DNA from: Tubiluchus corallicola
Taxonomy: Eukaryota > Animalia > Priapulida
DNA: 64,000 nt
Reading direction: 5' to 3'
Assembly (NCBI GenBank): GCA_030141605.1
Contig: JAQGDQ010000371.1
Span: forward strand, 165,588-229,587
Shown here: positions 37,261 to 51,062 of the stretch, one piece after another
Numbering within the stretch: the stretch's first letter is position 1
Layout: each line of letters starts with the position of its first letter
Translations under genes and position numbers: made by a program
Notes under the pieces: model-generated
The model's database searches: none
What the model was told of the DNA's origin: nothing
Seen by the model: only the letters and a program-made list of their open reading frames with translations

Positions 37261-38857
37261 AATTATTAAGGCGAGAATAAGTATTTATTGTTTAATACTT
37301 TTATTCTGCTTTCAATTTGTAGTTTAGGCCCAATTTACGGTCAGTGGTTGATCACCAGGGCTAGGGATCGAATCCTGACTTTTTTCAAAATCTATTGGTA
37401 AACTAGGGAGTCCGAGATGAATGTATTATACTTGTCTAGAAAAAACATTGCAAGAAAAATAAAACAACTTCGCGCAATTATGTGTCACCAGCCAAAATAG
37501 TGCAGTTAGTTTGAAATCTATAGTGATTACTTTCAAATTTACTAGGCTTATATTAGGTACACAGCAGTAACGTGCTGAGTACCTAATACCCTGTTCCAAG
37601 ACTTAAACATTTTCACTCGGCAACGCCATTAATGCTTAATCTTGCAAAAATGCCACCTTTCATGTTATTTCTACCAGCAAATTCAACAAAAAGTTAGCCA
37701 GCAAAAAAAGTTTTAACAAAAGCGTCCATAACTTATTACAAGATTTTCATAAAAATTAGACCCAGACTTTGCCCGCTAGTAAACAATAAATATAGACCAC
37801 ACAAGAGATACAAATTGTAAACATAAATTATTCCTACTCCCACAACGAGAGTCATCATCAGCTGTTGACAACAAGCTCTTATCTATCTTCATCTTATAAG
37901 GGCTTGTTGGTAACGTCTGCTATGAGAGTCAAAATATTATGTGTAAAATATAAATTCTACATCTCCTGTGACGTTTATATTATTGTTTATTGATGTCTTT
38001 AATCAGATGCAAAAAGAGTCAATTCAAATTTTGCTCGGTAGGTAAAAATTTAATGACTTGTTTGAGCTTCGCCAAAAACGTTACGAGACGTTTCGTTACG
38101 AGAGGGGCTGGTGAATTTCGATTAAAATCCGTTTTCTGTTATCTTCGACCTTCATCTTCAAATGAAAGTTGACGCGTGCAAGTGATTTCAATAAGACAGC
38201 AGTGATCTTAATCACTTGATATCCACAATATTTATTGCTAAGTATACTGCGCGAGACGTATAAATGACTGTGTTACTGTCATTGATCTGTGCTATTATTG
38301 CTGGGATACTTTTTCGGCGGTTTTCTTGCACAGCTGCGATTTTCGGAGCGCCCCAACAAAGTACTGTGATAATGTTTAAATCAGTACTTATGCTTACTGC
38401 ATTAAGTTGTAATAAACTTTAACGCTTCCGCCAAAGAAAGAGAAATGTTGTCATAAAATTTATTGACCCAATAAAACAATAATAAGTGACCTCTTAGGTT
38501 AAAATCTGCCGGACGTTTAGAAAGTTAAAAGGCAAATGCCGAGTTAAATCAAAATTTCGCCACTCATGAAAGATACAGTTAAACCTTAACAAATTGGGGC
38601 AACCATTAGCAGGTCTATTTTTTAATAAATCTTTATGAAACGTTAATTAAGAATCTTAGTAATTTGCATTTCGGTTGATTGGCCTGTACTTACGTACAAA
38701 GCAACACCTGAACAGTATAATAGGCACCTTATATACATAACACTGTAATATGTTGACTGTTTTTTTAGTTTTGTACAGATCATTGAGGCTCTCTATTGCT
38801 CAATTACGAAATATGCTAGTACGCTGGAGTAGATGAATAGCATTAAACATGAAAGCA

Positions 38858-39040
38858 GCAACAATAACGATGATGATGACGATGACAACGACGACGACGA
38901 CGATTACCACAACAACAACAACAACAACAACAACAACAGCAGCAGCAGCAACAACAACAACTAAACAACGACAACAACAGCAGCAGCAGCAACAACAACA
39001 AGAACAGCAGCAGCAGCAGCACCAGCAGCAGCAACAACAA
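38858..39040. repeat. Compound trinucleotide microsatellite (GAT/GAC/AAC/CAG)
   Basis: Direct reading. Confidence 0.9.
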
Positions 39041-39975
39041 ACTAGTTTCTTTCTAATATGTTTAGTTTTAGTTCAACATAACTAGTCTACTAAGAAATAA
39101 TGATTAATTTGAAATTATTAAGCAATGTGTAATAGCACTAATTGTAAATGAACGTCAACGGCAACATCTGTAACAATAGCTACAAAAACGCTGTCCCAAC
39201 CGTAATATCAAAAACGTGCACTTGCAACACGTACCGACGCCAAAACCAACGTCGTATCGTAATACTGCAGTACCACAAAAAGAGCGACAGAGACAGCCTC
39301 AACCAGAAACAGTAGCACCAACACTAATAATTAGGATAAAAGCAACGACAGCAATCACATTAGCCATGGCAACACCAAAGCCAACACCAACACCAACGCC
39401 AACACCAACAGCGGCAGCAACAAACGAATTAAAAAACAAAACAGTAAAAAATACTTGCGTAAAAAGGTAGCCATTCTGGAAAATGTGGTAAACGAGCAGG
39501 AAAAATAGTGTTGTGGAGATGAAGCAATTTTCAGGAATGGGTGGATAAGAGTTGCGAATTAACCCACTGCCCAAAGGGGACCGAAATACTGAAACTGTAT
39601 TAAAGCAGGACTTCTTTTCAGTAATCTTCTGCACTTACAACCCCAAGTGAGATGTTGTCACTCACTAAACCAATATAGTTTACCCGGCTTTATAGTACAC
39701 CTATATTATTCAAGTAAATATTGTGGATAGAGTAAAGAGCGGGTATTGCTAATTACAGTTAGATGTTGTACTGGTGTGTCTGCTGCTTGCTACAGGAACA
39801 AAATCAAACTCTAAGCATGTCTGAATGGTAAACAGTTAAACTTTTCCATGTTATCCAAAACGGTATGGCGGCTTAGATTTGCCAGCGTGTAGGCACGTGT
39901 ACAGCAGCTATAAAGCGAAAATATAAGTGTAATTGCGTTAGAACACTTATTATGATGTAACGTTCTATGTTTTAG

Positions 39976-40077
39976 GCCAAATCTGTGTTCGGTTGAGGAG
40001 GTGAGTGGATTTCCCAGATTTCGGTTTTTCACTGAATGCCGCTCACTAAACAGCCAAACCAGCTGCGGTAAACCAGC
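39976..40077 (+). CDS. TGFBI: TGFBI/periostin-like exon, EMI domain
   Basis: PNLCSVEEVSGFPRFRFFTECRSLNSQTSCGKP matches [33 protein letters not shown]. Confidence 0.9.
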
Positions 40078-40842
40078 GTAAGTATAAACACATCGCTATG
40101 TTAAAGGTACATTAATTACTGTTAGTTCAATAATAATTTGAGTAGATGGCGACACCAAGGTTTGAACAGGTGTGAATAAGGTGTAAACAGCAAGGTGTGA
40201 ACACTAAACAACAATGATAATTCGTAGTCTCAAGAATTACTTATCAATTTGAGTGTTTACAGTTCTCAGTATAAGCCCGTGAGTGTGAAGCCTCGTAATG
40301 CACGTCAAAACACCTGGCTGAGTAAATTATCAAGTGAATCTGTGACTGGGGTCCTATTGACTGTTGTGAGTTTTATTTTGTGTTTAAAGCTACATCTGAA
40401 AGCCTGAGCCACAATGTGTTTCATAATGTAACGTAATTTACGCCTTCTTACATTTTCATACAATAATCAGTAGAAAGTAGAAATCAACTGCTTACAAGTT
40501 GGGCATCTACGGATATGGACAGCCTAATACCTATGGACGTAGATCAGTGGCTATTTATACGGATGACAATTACCTTGTCATAATTACTCATAATTACCTT
40601 GGCATTACTCGACTTTACGTTTCTGAATAAGTTTGTATGTGCACGTTTTACAAGGGGGGGGGGGGGTGAGAGATAGGGTCAGGCTACCCTGCAATAGAGA
40701 ACTTATTTGGATGCCATTAGTATACTGGCCATAGGCCTCCCGGCTTTCGAAAGACACTCACTGGGTGAAGATATCCCTTTAAATAAATCCTCCTAATCTG
40801 CATGAGTTGTCAAATGTCAACACGGTATTTTTCTTCTGATAG

Positions 40843-40932
40843 GATGCTGTTTTCCGTTTTCCTCCAAACAAGAAACTATTTTCATCGAACTTGTAGAAAG
40901 ACAGTTAATCAGCAAGTATGTGGACGACCTAC
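40843..40932 (+). CDS. Candidate alternative or duplicated EMI exon
   Basis: 90 nt, phase 2-2, donor ac|gtaagt; MLFSVFLQTRNYFHRTCRKTVNQQVCGRPT. Confidence 0.55.
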
Positions 40933-41938
40933 GTAAGTATCATCATTTCTTTAAACTTGAAAAATATTTAAGTTATTTAAGCCTAACTTGGTAACCAGAG
41001 TCGAAAAAATATTTCTTTGAAGTACAACGTGCATTGCAATTATGTCGTTAAGTGTCTACATATTGTTGTAAAGTAAAGTTTTAAATTCTTTATAACAAGA
41101 ACAAAATCCGTTTCATAAACAACATTCTAAAATTTATTATAGTTATTGTGCTCTATATAGCTACTACCCTCGTCCTATCATTCAGGTTTAGAAGGTGATT
41201 TTTACGTAAATTTTATATGTCTTGTATTTTTATTGTGGTACTTTAATTGTAAAAACATCACTAATTTAATTTAGGCCTAATTGCCGCCTAAACTTGATTA
41301 GGAAATTACGTTTTAAGTTTCAGCTGTGCCATAAAATTAATCTTTAGTCTTTAAAGTAAGTATTATAAATTATACTAATAAGATAAGATAAATAATCAAA
41401 CGACAAGCATGGTTAGTTTTCTACAAAGGCTGTTAATTTCTACGACTGATTATTATTGGTAGGTTTATTGAGTTCGATGGCTGTTTCCAGTCAATAACTG
41501 ACAGCCGATTTTGATACATGGCGATAGTAGTGGTGCGTGAGATTTATATGGCAGAAAATAGTCATTATTTTCACAAATAGATTTATTGAAATGCTTTTCT
41601 ATAATTATGTGCAGTGCCTAAAATAGTTTTCGTCGCTTAATGACTTATAGAACGATTTCGAAACGGCGCGCTAGCCATTGCACATCTGCAAGATTCGTGC
41701 GCAACGCTTTAACACTGTAAACAAAATGTCGATCGTACAGACCAGTATAATTACAACGTTGAAAAGCTATATTCACTATGGAATTCGTTAGTGGGTACAA
41801 GTAATTGCTTTTGAAAATATGTTTTGCTTGTGAAAATGAGCTGGCTGTCTCCTTTAAGTAAAATGTAACTACCAGTAATGGTTCACTTAATATGAGTAGC
41901 ATTTATAAGGAGGTTTGGCTTGCTATATATCGTCTGTC

Positions 41939-42011
41939 GGGGGATTAGCTCAAATGGTAGAGCGCTCGCTTAGCATGCGAGAGGTAGCGGGATCGATACC
42001 CGCATCCTCCA
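41939..42011 (+). tRNA. tRNA-Ala (AGC), intronic
   Basis: 73-nt GGGGGATTAGCTCAAATGGTAGAGC...TTAGCAT...GGATCGATACCC...CTCCA with G3:U70; T-run terminator and upstream TATA-like sequence. Confidence 0.97.
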
Positions 42012-42791
42012 AATTTTTCTTTACCCAATGTTGTGAAACTCAATTTCATTTTTTCTAATACAGTGCATTCTACCAATTTTAATTTTTTACAGTTTTTTAA
42101 CAAACTACCCAATTTTAATTTTTAACGCAGTTTGCAACTATGTGAAAATTGTCAGTTTTTGTTCCTAATAGTTATTATAACAGACTTTGCTTAACTTGAA
42201 AGTGTGTAAATAACCCAATAATTACTGGTCTAATCATTACACTGTTTTTAAGTAGCCTACTATATATATTCACTAACTTGCTTTTTACAAACTGACCAGT
42301 TTGAAAATTATAAGCACCGCGAAATGGACAAATAATGGTTTGTGACCTACTGGCTTGCTATGCATTTAGCAAAAATTAATAAAGCAGTTTAACTTTAACT
42401 ACTAAACCTATAAAATCGGGCGTGACTCGTGAACTTAATGTTTTGTACCTAATAGTGAACGTATCTGTCTTGGTTTAGTAACAGAGACATTTTTCGACTT
42501 TTACATGTCGACTCGTTTTTGCGAAAGTTGTAGCACTTATTCCAAACAAAATGTTGCGAACTTTAAAAGGCAAAGTACATAATTCCGACTGCCAAATCAC
42601 AGAATAAAATCATGTCTTGGGTTTCAGCCGTCCACTACAACTCCTATACAATAAAGAATTATTGATACAATAAAGAATTTTGTAAAGATACTATTTTGTA
42701 AAGATAGTTATTAGAAAGTACCTCATCACGATTTTACACGCTGTTTATATTAAGATAAATTCTTCGCTAAGTGATAACATTTGAATTTCAG

Positions 42792-42856
42792 GATAGTAAA
42801 GTTTGAGTGCTGTGACGGATTTGAAGAAATGGAGGGGCAAGATGGGTGTATCGCAG
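42792..42856 (+). CDS. TGFBI: TGFBI/periostin-like exon, end of EMI
   Basis: IVKFECCDGFEEMEGQDGCIA matches [21 protein letters not shown]. Confidence 0.93.
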
Positions 42857-43872
42857 GTAATAAAAATTTTGATCTAATCCACTCAAAATAAATAAACTTT
42901 ATATAATTATATGCAAAAAAATTAGATGTTTTAGACTTAATTTAAGTCTATGTTATTGTTACAAAATGAGTGCCACTTGATTCTGACTGCTGTACACATT
43001 AATTTTTCCTTTTATTCTGATACTGTAGCTTCACAATCATTTAATATCCAATGAATCCAGAGTATGGGAGCGCGAAGAGTTATTAAACAGTTTATAGTTG
43101 CAGATTTGTCGATAAACCTATATTCAATTCAATTCAATTTTAATTTATTTTTCTCTTTATAATGCTGCAATAAAACATGATTAATAAAAGAATCTCTTAA
43201 TAAGTTTAGAAAGAATGGTTAAAATGTATAGATAGATCTAGAACTAGAGAAAGGATAGCGAAAAGACTATAAAGTCACCTAGTCTGCTATCCTTTACGGA
43301 ATATAGATAAAAAGATTTTTTGGACACTGGTGGGCATTAATGTTATCAGTTTAATTTAGGAAACATTAATGATTTTAAAATTATGAGATTTGCTATATAA
43401 TCCAGAGAAAAGAATATACATGTAGTTTAATTAGCGGGCAACAAAATAAGGTCAATCTTGATTAAACTAAAAATTGCATTTAGATTTTATGTGAAATACA
43501 GGTCAAAATTGTTATGAAATGATAAAAACACTTTGGGTTAATAATGCAATTAATCAACAACAGGAGTTAAATACATTTTGATTTGAGTTCAACTTCATTA
43601 TTTTTAGGCTTATTGATTAAGAACAAATCTACTGACTTGGACAAAAATACTAAATAATATAATTCTCAATATACTGATAAGACAAACATTTAGCTATACA
43701 GGTTTTTTAGTAATTTTATAAAGGAGAGGTAAGACTTGTGCAATCTGTGAACAACACCTAAATCTTTACTCATAAAATAGTATTGCAGTATGACTTTAAT
43801 AATTACTCTGCTGTAAAGAAGAGAAGAAAGACAAAGTATTTAAACGTCGCATTGCCCTAGCAAGTCAAAAGT

Positions 43873-44630
43873 CATTTATTTCACATTGCACATTTACAAT
43901 AGTTTCATATACAATATATAATGGAAAGGCCTACAATGAACATAATCGACAAATAAGTTTTTATTGTTTCTGCACAAGAAAAGCCTCACACACTGTTCAC
44001 CTATATACAAATGTAAATGTGTAATCAAAAAGCAAGGCTTATTAAATTGTTCCACACTGTAAAAAAGTAATGAAAATAAACTGGAAATATGAAGTAAATC
44101 CTATGATAAGAAAAACATTTAGTAGTGCAGAATGAAATCATATAATGAATGAAGCTCATATATGAGATGATATAAAAGATAGAAAGACTATTATTTGTTA
44201 AAATATCAGGCATGCGCGTATACAAATTAAGATAACCTGATTAAGATACCTGGATTGTTTTGCCAGCACTGTGAGGATGGATACAGATAGATGTTTTGAT
44301 TATTCACTGGTGTTTATTGAAAATTTGGTTTTTTAGCTTCTTTTAAATCTAGCAATACATCTGCTATTTTTGCAGATTGACAAATCTCATTCCAGACTTT
44401 TGGTCCTTGAAATATTATAGAATGTTTAGCTATGTCCGTTCTACAGAAAGGCATAATGTATTGATTAAATCTTGTATTATGTCTCTTTGATGCCAGTTTG
44501 ACTGGAATTACAAAAAACTTAGGAAATAGCCTGTTATTGCATTTATACATAAATACTGCAATATTTAATTTAATTAAATCATCTAATTGCATAATGCTAC
44601 ATTCACAGTAACGAAGTAAAAGAAAGTGTT
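43873..44630 (-). mobile_element. LINE (Crack/L2-like) 3' end with 3' UTR
   Basis: IAVFMYK...HNTR...RTDIAKHSIIFQGPKVWNEI; UTR shared with the copies at 28921 and 29801. Confidence 0.8.
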
Positions 44631-44992
44631 TAATATGGCTTAAGTCTTCAGATTCAGGTAAGAAATGCGTGATTTATTTTTGCCTTTAATGTGGTGATTT
44701 GAAGTGATTTACATTTTACCTGTTTTTATTATCATTCATTTCAATGGTAAGTCACTCGCTTGAATAAAATAAATGATCATCTTAGCGGTACTTTTACACC
44801 CTAAACGGAACGTAGTTATTTTAATTATATGTTTTCAAATTGTAAATACTTAGATACGTATCTTTGTGCTGGCTTCTGCAAGCTTTTGCTTGTTTTTATT
44901 CGTTTTTATAATAATCGTTGTAATTTTAGTCGATGATAATGCATCCTGTGTGAACTAATGTTTTATGTACCTCAAAATCAACTTTGAACAAA

Positions 44993-45011
44993 CTACTTGC
45001 TTACTTGCTTG

Positions 45012-45068
<57 letters not shown>

Positions 45069-45505
45069 CTACCTACCTACCTACCTACCTACCAACCTAC
45101 CTACCTACCTACCTACCTACCTACCTACCTACCTACCTACCTACCTACCTTACTTGCTGCTTACTTACACACATACGTACTTGCTCACTCACTCCCTCCC
45201 TCCTGCCTGCCTCACTCACTCACTCACTCACTCACTCACTCACTCACTCACTCACTCACTCACTCACTCACTCACTCACTCACTCACTCACTCACTTACT
45301 CACTCACTCTCTCCCTACCTCCCTACCTCCCTCCCTCACTCACTCACTTACTCACTCACTCTCTACCTCCCTCCCTCCCTCCCTCCCTCCCTCCCTCACT
45401 CACTCACTCACTCACTCACTCATTCACTCACTCACTCCCTGTCTCCCTCCCTTTCTCCCTCACTCCCTCCCTCCCTCCCTCACTCACTCACTCACTCCCT
45501 CTCTC
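44993..45505. repeat. Compound tetranucleotide microsatellite (CTTA/CCTA/CTCA/CCCT)
   Basis: Direct reading; source of three spurious ORFs. Confidence 0.95.
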
Positions 45506-45812
45506 CATTAGTTATCACTTTTGCCGCAAGGGCAGTATCAGTTTATGCTGTATGCTAGGATGACGCACGGACAATCCTATAACATGAGTCAACAACCAGC
45601 GAGTGATAAAGCCAAAAAATTTCTCTTTTTTGTACAAATTAAAAGCATTCGATCCTGTTACACCCTATAATCAGTTAATATATACCGATGACAAACAATA
45701 TTATTATCTTGAAAAGGTATGATTATATTATACATGCGCTTAATATTTTAGTCTGTGCAAGCCTAAATTATATAAACACATGTAATAATTGTATGGTGAT
45801 GTGTAATTTTAG

Positions 45813-45901
45813 CCAAATCTATGAAAAGCCTAATGAAAACAGCTGACGACCTTGGACTGAATGGTTTTGTTCGAATAGCTACAATAGCAGGTTTGGATAA
45901 G
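45813..45901 (+). CDS. TGFBI: TGFBI/periostin-like exon, FAS1-1
   Basis: KSMKSLMKTADDLGLNGFVRIATIAGLDK; phase 1-0 fits both neighbours. Confidence 0.85.
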
Positions 45902-46658
45902 GTAAACCATTAGTTTGTATACCTGTAATTTGCAGTAATGAGGTTATATGTACACGTTTAGAAAGACACCAGTCCTGCTGCAGTATAATTATTGATAATA
46001 ATACATACAGTTACAACTATTTTTGTAATAGTACTTAAATGCTAATAATAATGCTTCAGATTATAATGCTTGAACTTAGAAATTTATTGTACAAACGTAG
46101 CATGCATTATGCCACACTTACCAAGGTACTCAGTTGGTCCAACAAGTGAAAAATGTCAATGTATTAATTTATAAGTTTAGCTTGCAAAGAAAATTCAAGT
46201 TTAATAATAATTTATATCACAAAATAGCTATTGTGATATATCTAATAAACAACAATAAGCAACAATATTGACCAGTTCTGATGTATAAGTTTGAATGAAG
46301 ACTCTCTTGTATAATGAATTTTGAAATTTTAGCATTAACTTGAAACCATGATTATTGATTTGCTTTTTTATGTCAAGATAGCAGTAACTGTATGTAAGTA
46401 TACATGGTAAGTAACATGTATCCGGTAAGTAACATGCTGTATAGATATGCCACTGAATCAGTCTGAGTAAAAACCAAAGCAAAGCAAGCAACATTAAATT
46501 AAACTAAGTTCAACTAAATTTTCTAGTATAACTGAGAGCAATGCGACGTTTGAATGGGAATAAATAGAAGTAAAAGAAAAATGCATTTGAAGTTATCAAT
46601 ATCGGCACATCAAGCACAACATCGATGTTAATTTTTGCTATTCGCTAATAATATACAG

Positions 46659-46889
46659 GTGCTGACATCTGCTGGAGCTTATACGTGGTTTGTAACAGAC
46701 AACGTGGCTTTGAGTTCTGTTACGTCTGAAGCCATACAATCACTTACGTATCCGGATGAAGAAGACCAACCAGAAATGTTGTATCATTTAATCAACAAAC
46801 GCATTAGTGCAGCTGAATTTGGTTCCACCAGTTTAGAGGAAACCATCTACGAGGGCAGTAAGCTGAGATTAAATAGATATGCAAATGGG
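46659..46889 (+). CDS. TGFBI: TGFBI/periostin-like exon, FAS1-1
   Basis: GAYTWFVTDN...LYHL...LRLNRYANG. Confidence 0.92.
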
Positions 46890-47427
46890 GTAAGAATTAA
46901 ACACTAAGCTTACAAAAATTTTCGGTAATTTATGGTGTATTTGACAGTGAACTTGAAATATCGTATTTTATAGAGTTCAATATAAGTTACTTTAAATGGC
47001 TTTGTAATTTCTTACTGTGTTTTGGGTTACGTCTCCCCGTTTGCGAGATAATTATTTAACTAGTTCGAAATGCTAAGCATTGGATCACTTGCTTAAGAAC
47101 CAACTGCTCAACTTTCTCTGCCCAACTGCTTAGATGTGTTTAGAACGCCGTTTAGAGTTGCCATAGATCAGTTTTTATCAAAAACAATTGTTTAGAATGC
47201 AAAATCTTCTATGCAAAACGTCTTAACTTCACTAAGTTTAGAACACCTGTATATTTTCCGAGATGTATCTGCATGATGTGCAGCCTTCATTGATATTGTT
47301 CACGAAATATCAGTTAAAAAACTGGTAACGTACGACATGTACTTTGCAATAGTTTCAAATTGCCAGATAATTAATCTATTCATTGTATATATTGTATATT
47401 AATTCTGTGTTTTATGTATATATATAT

Positions 47428-47444
47428 ATGTGTGTGTGTGTATG

Positions 47445-47526
<82 letters not shown>
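47428..47526. repeat. (GT)n/(GCGT)n microsatellite
   Basis: Direct reading. Confidence 0.95.
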
Positions 47527-47528
<2 letters not shown>

Positions 47529-48151
47529 TGCAGTGATCTTCAAGATGTAGTATGTAGTGTATTTATTATTTGTATTATACACCCTTACCCTGCAAATGGA
47601 GGGATTTGTATTTATTTTATTTTGAAATAAATGAGATTTAATTAAATTAATGCCAATGTAAAACCTGCCTAAATTCTTATTGCATAAGCAACAACAACAA
47701 CATGCTATTTCATGTGCCTCTAGACAGTACAGTCCACACCCGATCTTAATACCACAGATCAAAGTGGCCTATCCACTAAATTGATATCCGGGCTCTTCCT
47801 GTTCTAATTTAAAACGAGTAGTGGGTTAGTTGTGTGGTACTTTCTCAGAGTACCGTCAGGTGAAGGTCAAGGTCACACATAGTTCAAGAAGGTCAGTATC
47901 CCAGGAACTCAAATGTTAAAATGCTTGAACGGTTTGGTTAAATTTTCAAAAATCTACTGAGTAGCTTTTTATGAGTTCCTTTTTTTGTTTTGCAGAATAT
48001 GGTGTAGTGGTTGTAATTATTAGTAGCATGATAAAATGACCCAGGTTCGAATCTATCCAAGGATTAGATTTTTGAACATTTTCGCGCATTTTTTTGTCTA
48101 GAAAACGCCACGTTTTTCTCATCTTTTATTTTTTTAAATAAATTTATTTAG

Positions 48152-48317
48152 GTTTTGACTGTGAACTGTGCCAGAGTGTTAGCTATTGATCGCTATGCAT
48201 CGAATGGTGTTATACACGTAGTTGATCGAGTATTGGAACCAATCAGCAATGCAGACAGCATCATCAGTGTCATAGAAAGAACACCAATATTTCAAAAATT
48301 CAGTTCTCTTCTGAGAG
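48152..48317 (+). CDS. TGFBI: TGFBI/periostin-like exon, FAS1-1/2
   Basis: TVNCARV...ASNGVIHVVDRVL (H2 motif). Confidence 0.95.
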
Positions 48318-48532
48318 GTACGGGTTGTTTTTATTTTCAAAAATTTTTCCTCTTTTTACTGCTATGATATGTCAGGCTTAGCAAGCTAGTCAGTCAGTCT
48401 GTCTGTTGATCAGTCACCTAGTCAGTCAGTCAGTATGTCTGTTGATCAGTCACCTAGTCAGTCAGTCAGTCTGTCTGTTGATCAGTCACCTAGTCAGTCA
48501 GTCTGTCTGTCTGTTGATCAGTCATCTAGTCA

Positions 48533-49018
48533 GAGATGATTTAGATATACTACGACAATGTTCAATTAACTACGGCAGAGCTAATAAATCACTTATGAAA
48601 TTTACTCACTGTTCAGTTAACGTGAAGAGACCATTGTTTAATGCTTACTGTTGACCTTTTGTTGTATGTCCACTTGGAGACATTTTTATTCTTACAATCT
48701 TAGCAAACTCAAGGTTGCCTATAATGTATTAACAATGAAGTTGTTTAACTTTTCATATGATACGAACACCAGATACATATCTACTAGACTTAACCTTATT
48801 TGATGTGATTCACAGAAAATGTACATACAGTTTATATATCAGGCTGAATAAGAGTGAAAATTTTATGTGCAAGAGCATTTTAAACAATGATGTAAACTTT
48901 ACTTTTGTAATTAGACGTCATAGGCGTAGTTTGTTATATCACACAAACATAATTGTTATTTGTGTGATATGTATATTAACAACATAAAGTTTGAAATAAT
49001 ATTAAATCAAATCAAATC
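48533..49018 (+). mobile_element. LINE 3' fragment (same family as 58525-59003)
   Basis: FNAYC...KLKVAYN; (AAATC)n tail. Confidence 0.8.
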
Positions 49019-49544
49019 AGTCAGTCTGTGAAATTGTCAGTAAAGGAGTTATCTGGTAATTTGATTAGCATCATGCGCTTAACTTCATATTGTATTGGTG
49101 TGTTGTACAGAAAACCTTCACCATTTCATTCACGTTCCAAAGTCGTTTAATCTAAAGAGAATAATAAAGAGAACATTAACAAGTAAGAAAAATAAATAGA
49201 ATGATAAACAGAAGCTTAATAAATAAGAAGACAACTTATTGGTCAAAGTACTTTTACAAATTTAACAGATCGAATTCGCAAACTTAATTAAATTATTTAA
49301 ATTCATGTAACTTACATCGTTGCCTCTTCATCAAGATTTAAAGTTTCTCAAGGTACAAATTTGGTAATAACTAAACGCTGTTGTTAACTATAACACAAAA
49401 ACGATAAAAAACTTTGCTGTGAATAAGAACGCAACCAACATTGTTCTCCTCCTGTCCTTTCCTCTCCGCACTGCTCGCAGAGGGCAGCACCTTCCAATAA
49501 ATAAGTGTCGTTATGCATATTGCAGTTACAATTGGTATTTTCAG

Positions 49545-49676
49545 AGTCGCCATACGTCATTGAAATTCTGGAAAGGAAAGGACCATTCACACTTTTTGCT
49601 CCAACTGATGAGGCTTTTGCCAGTATTTCTGCCGGGCAGCTAGACCGTATTAGGCAGAATTCAGATACACTAACAG
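49545..49676 (+). CDS. TGFBI: TGFBI/periostin-like exon, FAS1-2
   Basis: GPFTLFAPTDEAF (H1 motif). Confidence 0.95.
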
Positions 49677-50637
49677 GTTGGTCACTAATTAGTCACGTTT
49701 AGCAATTTCCACACTCGTAAATGTCCAAGCATGAACACATGTTTTACATGGTTTACATATTTGTAATAAATGTGCAGTATAATTAGATCTAATTTTGCTG
49801 CTAAATTGTTTAGTTAATTACCCAACTGGTTTACAGCTGATGCAGTATTTCTTTTCGATGACATTTTATCACAATTTATTACGTTTACATTAAATGAAAT
49901 TTCGTATATTCGTTCGTTTGTTGAACCACAGGACAGACTAGAAAAAACTATATTTGTGAAAGTCATTTTTGAAGTTGTTGATCACCACCTTGTTATGATT
50001 GAATTTAGGCACAGAAGTAACTAGAAAGCAAAACCAGTCAGTATATATAGGTATAGGTGACCTATGCAGACTTGCACAGGCTTCACAACAACCATTACTT
50101 TAAAATAGGGAGAGAACCAGTGAATATGCAGTCACTGGACCGTACAATTATACTGAAGGTAAGTCAGCTGGTAGAATGTAACAGGAGTAGCCCATAGATG
50201 GCAGCACCTAATTATAATGTACAATTCCCACTTCCACAATATTCACTAGAGATAGAAAAGGGAACCTGCAACAACACAAAGAAACCACATATATATATGG
50301 TATAATGGTTCAAGCATTTAATAAACACATACAACAAAGCAACATATATACATACAAATTTCTTGCTATCATAAACTTATTATTCTCAAATTATTGCAGC
50401 TAATCAATCAGATTTGTTCCGAGTTTCCCAATCAGGTCTGCATTCAAAGATTTTCTGGACTAGTCTAACATTAACTTTTAGAACTTAAACAAACTTAAAG
50501 TCACATTTCTCATTAAGATGCACATGCTGGAAGCTACAACACAAATCACAGGCAATACCAATGTGTGTTTGTTTTTATTTGTGCGTGTAAATATGAATTT
50601 TGAATCGAAATAAAGCATTAAATCAAATCAAATCAAA

Positions 50638-50924
<287 letters not shown>

Positions 50925-51062
50925 AGATTGTACCTCGAGTTCACTCAACTTGAGCATCTTGAACGTTAAAGCAGTTAAATTAATTCTTAAAGTTTGAAAA
51001 CTTTGAAATTTATTGAAAATAACTGCAAACTTGATTAAGTCACAACTTAAATGACAGTGTAA

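Noticed and set aside
38264-38360. MTVLLSLICAIIAGIL... as the signal-peptide exon of the FAS1 gene
   Set aside because: Weak donor in phase 1, incompatible with the phase-2 EMI exon; 36581-36672 fits and rebuilds GPNLC
44965-45563. Long repetitive ORFs (LTY/THS), plus poly-H, -M, -I, -L, -Y and ER ORFs elsewhere
   Set aside because: Translations of microsatellites
47998-48060. tRNA genes here, at about 37330-37385 and at about 35455-35520(-)
   Set aside because: Only A/B-box remnants with no cloverleaf; likely repeat-borne
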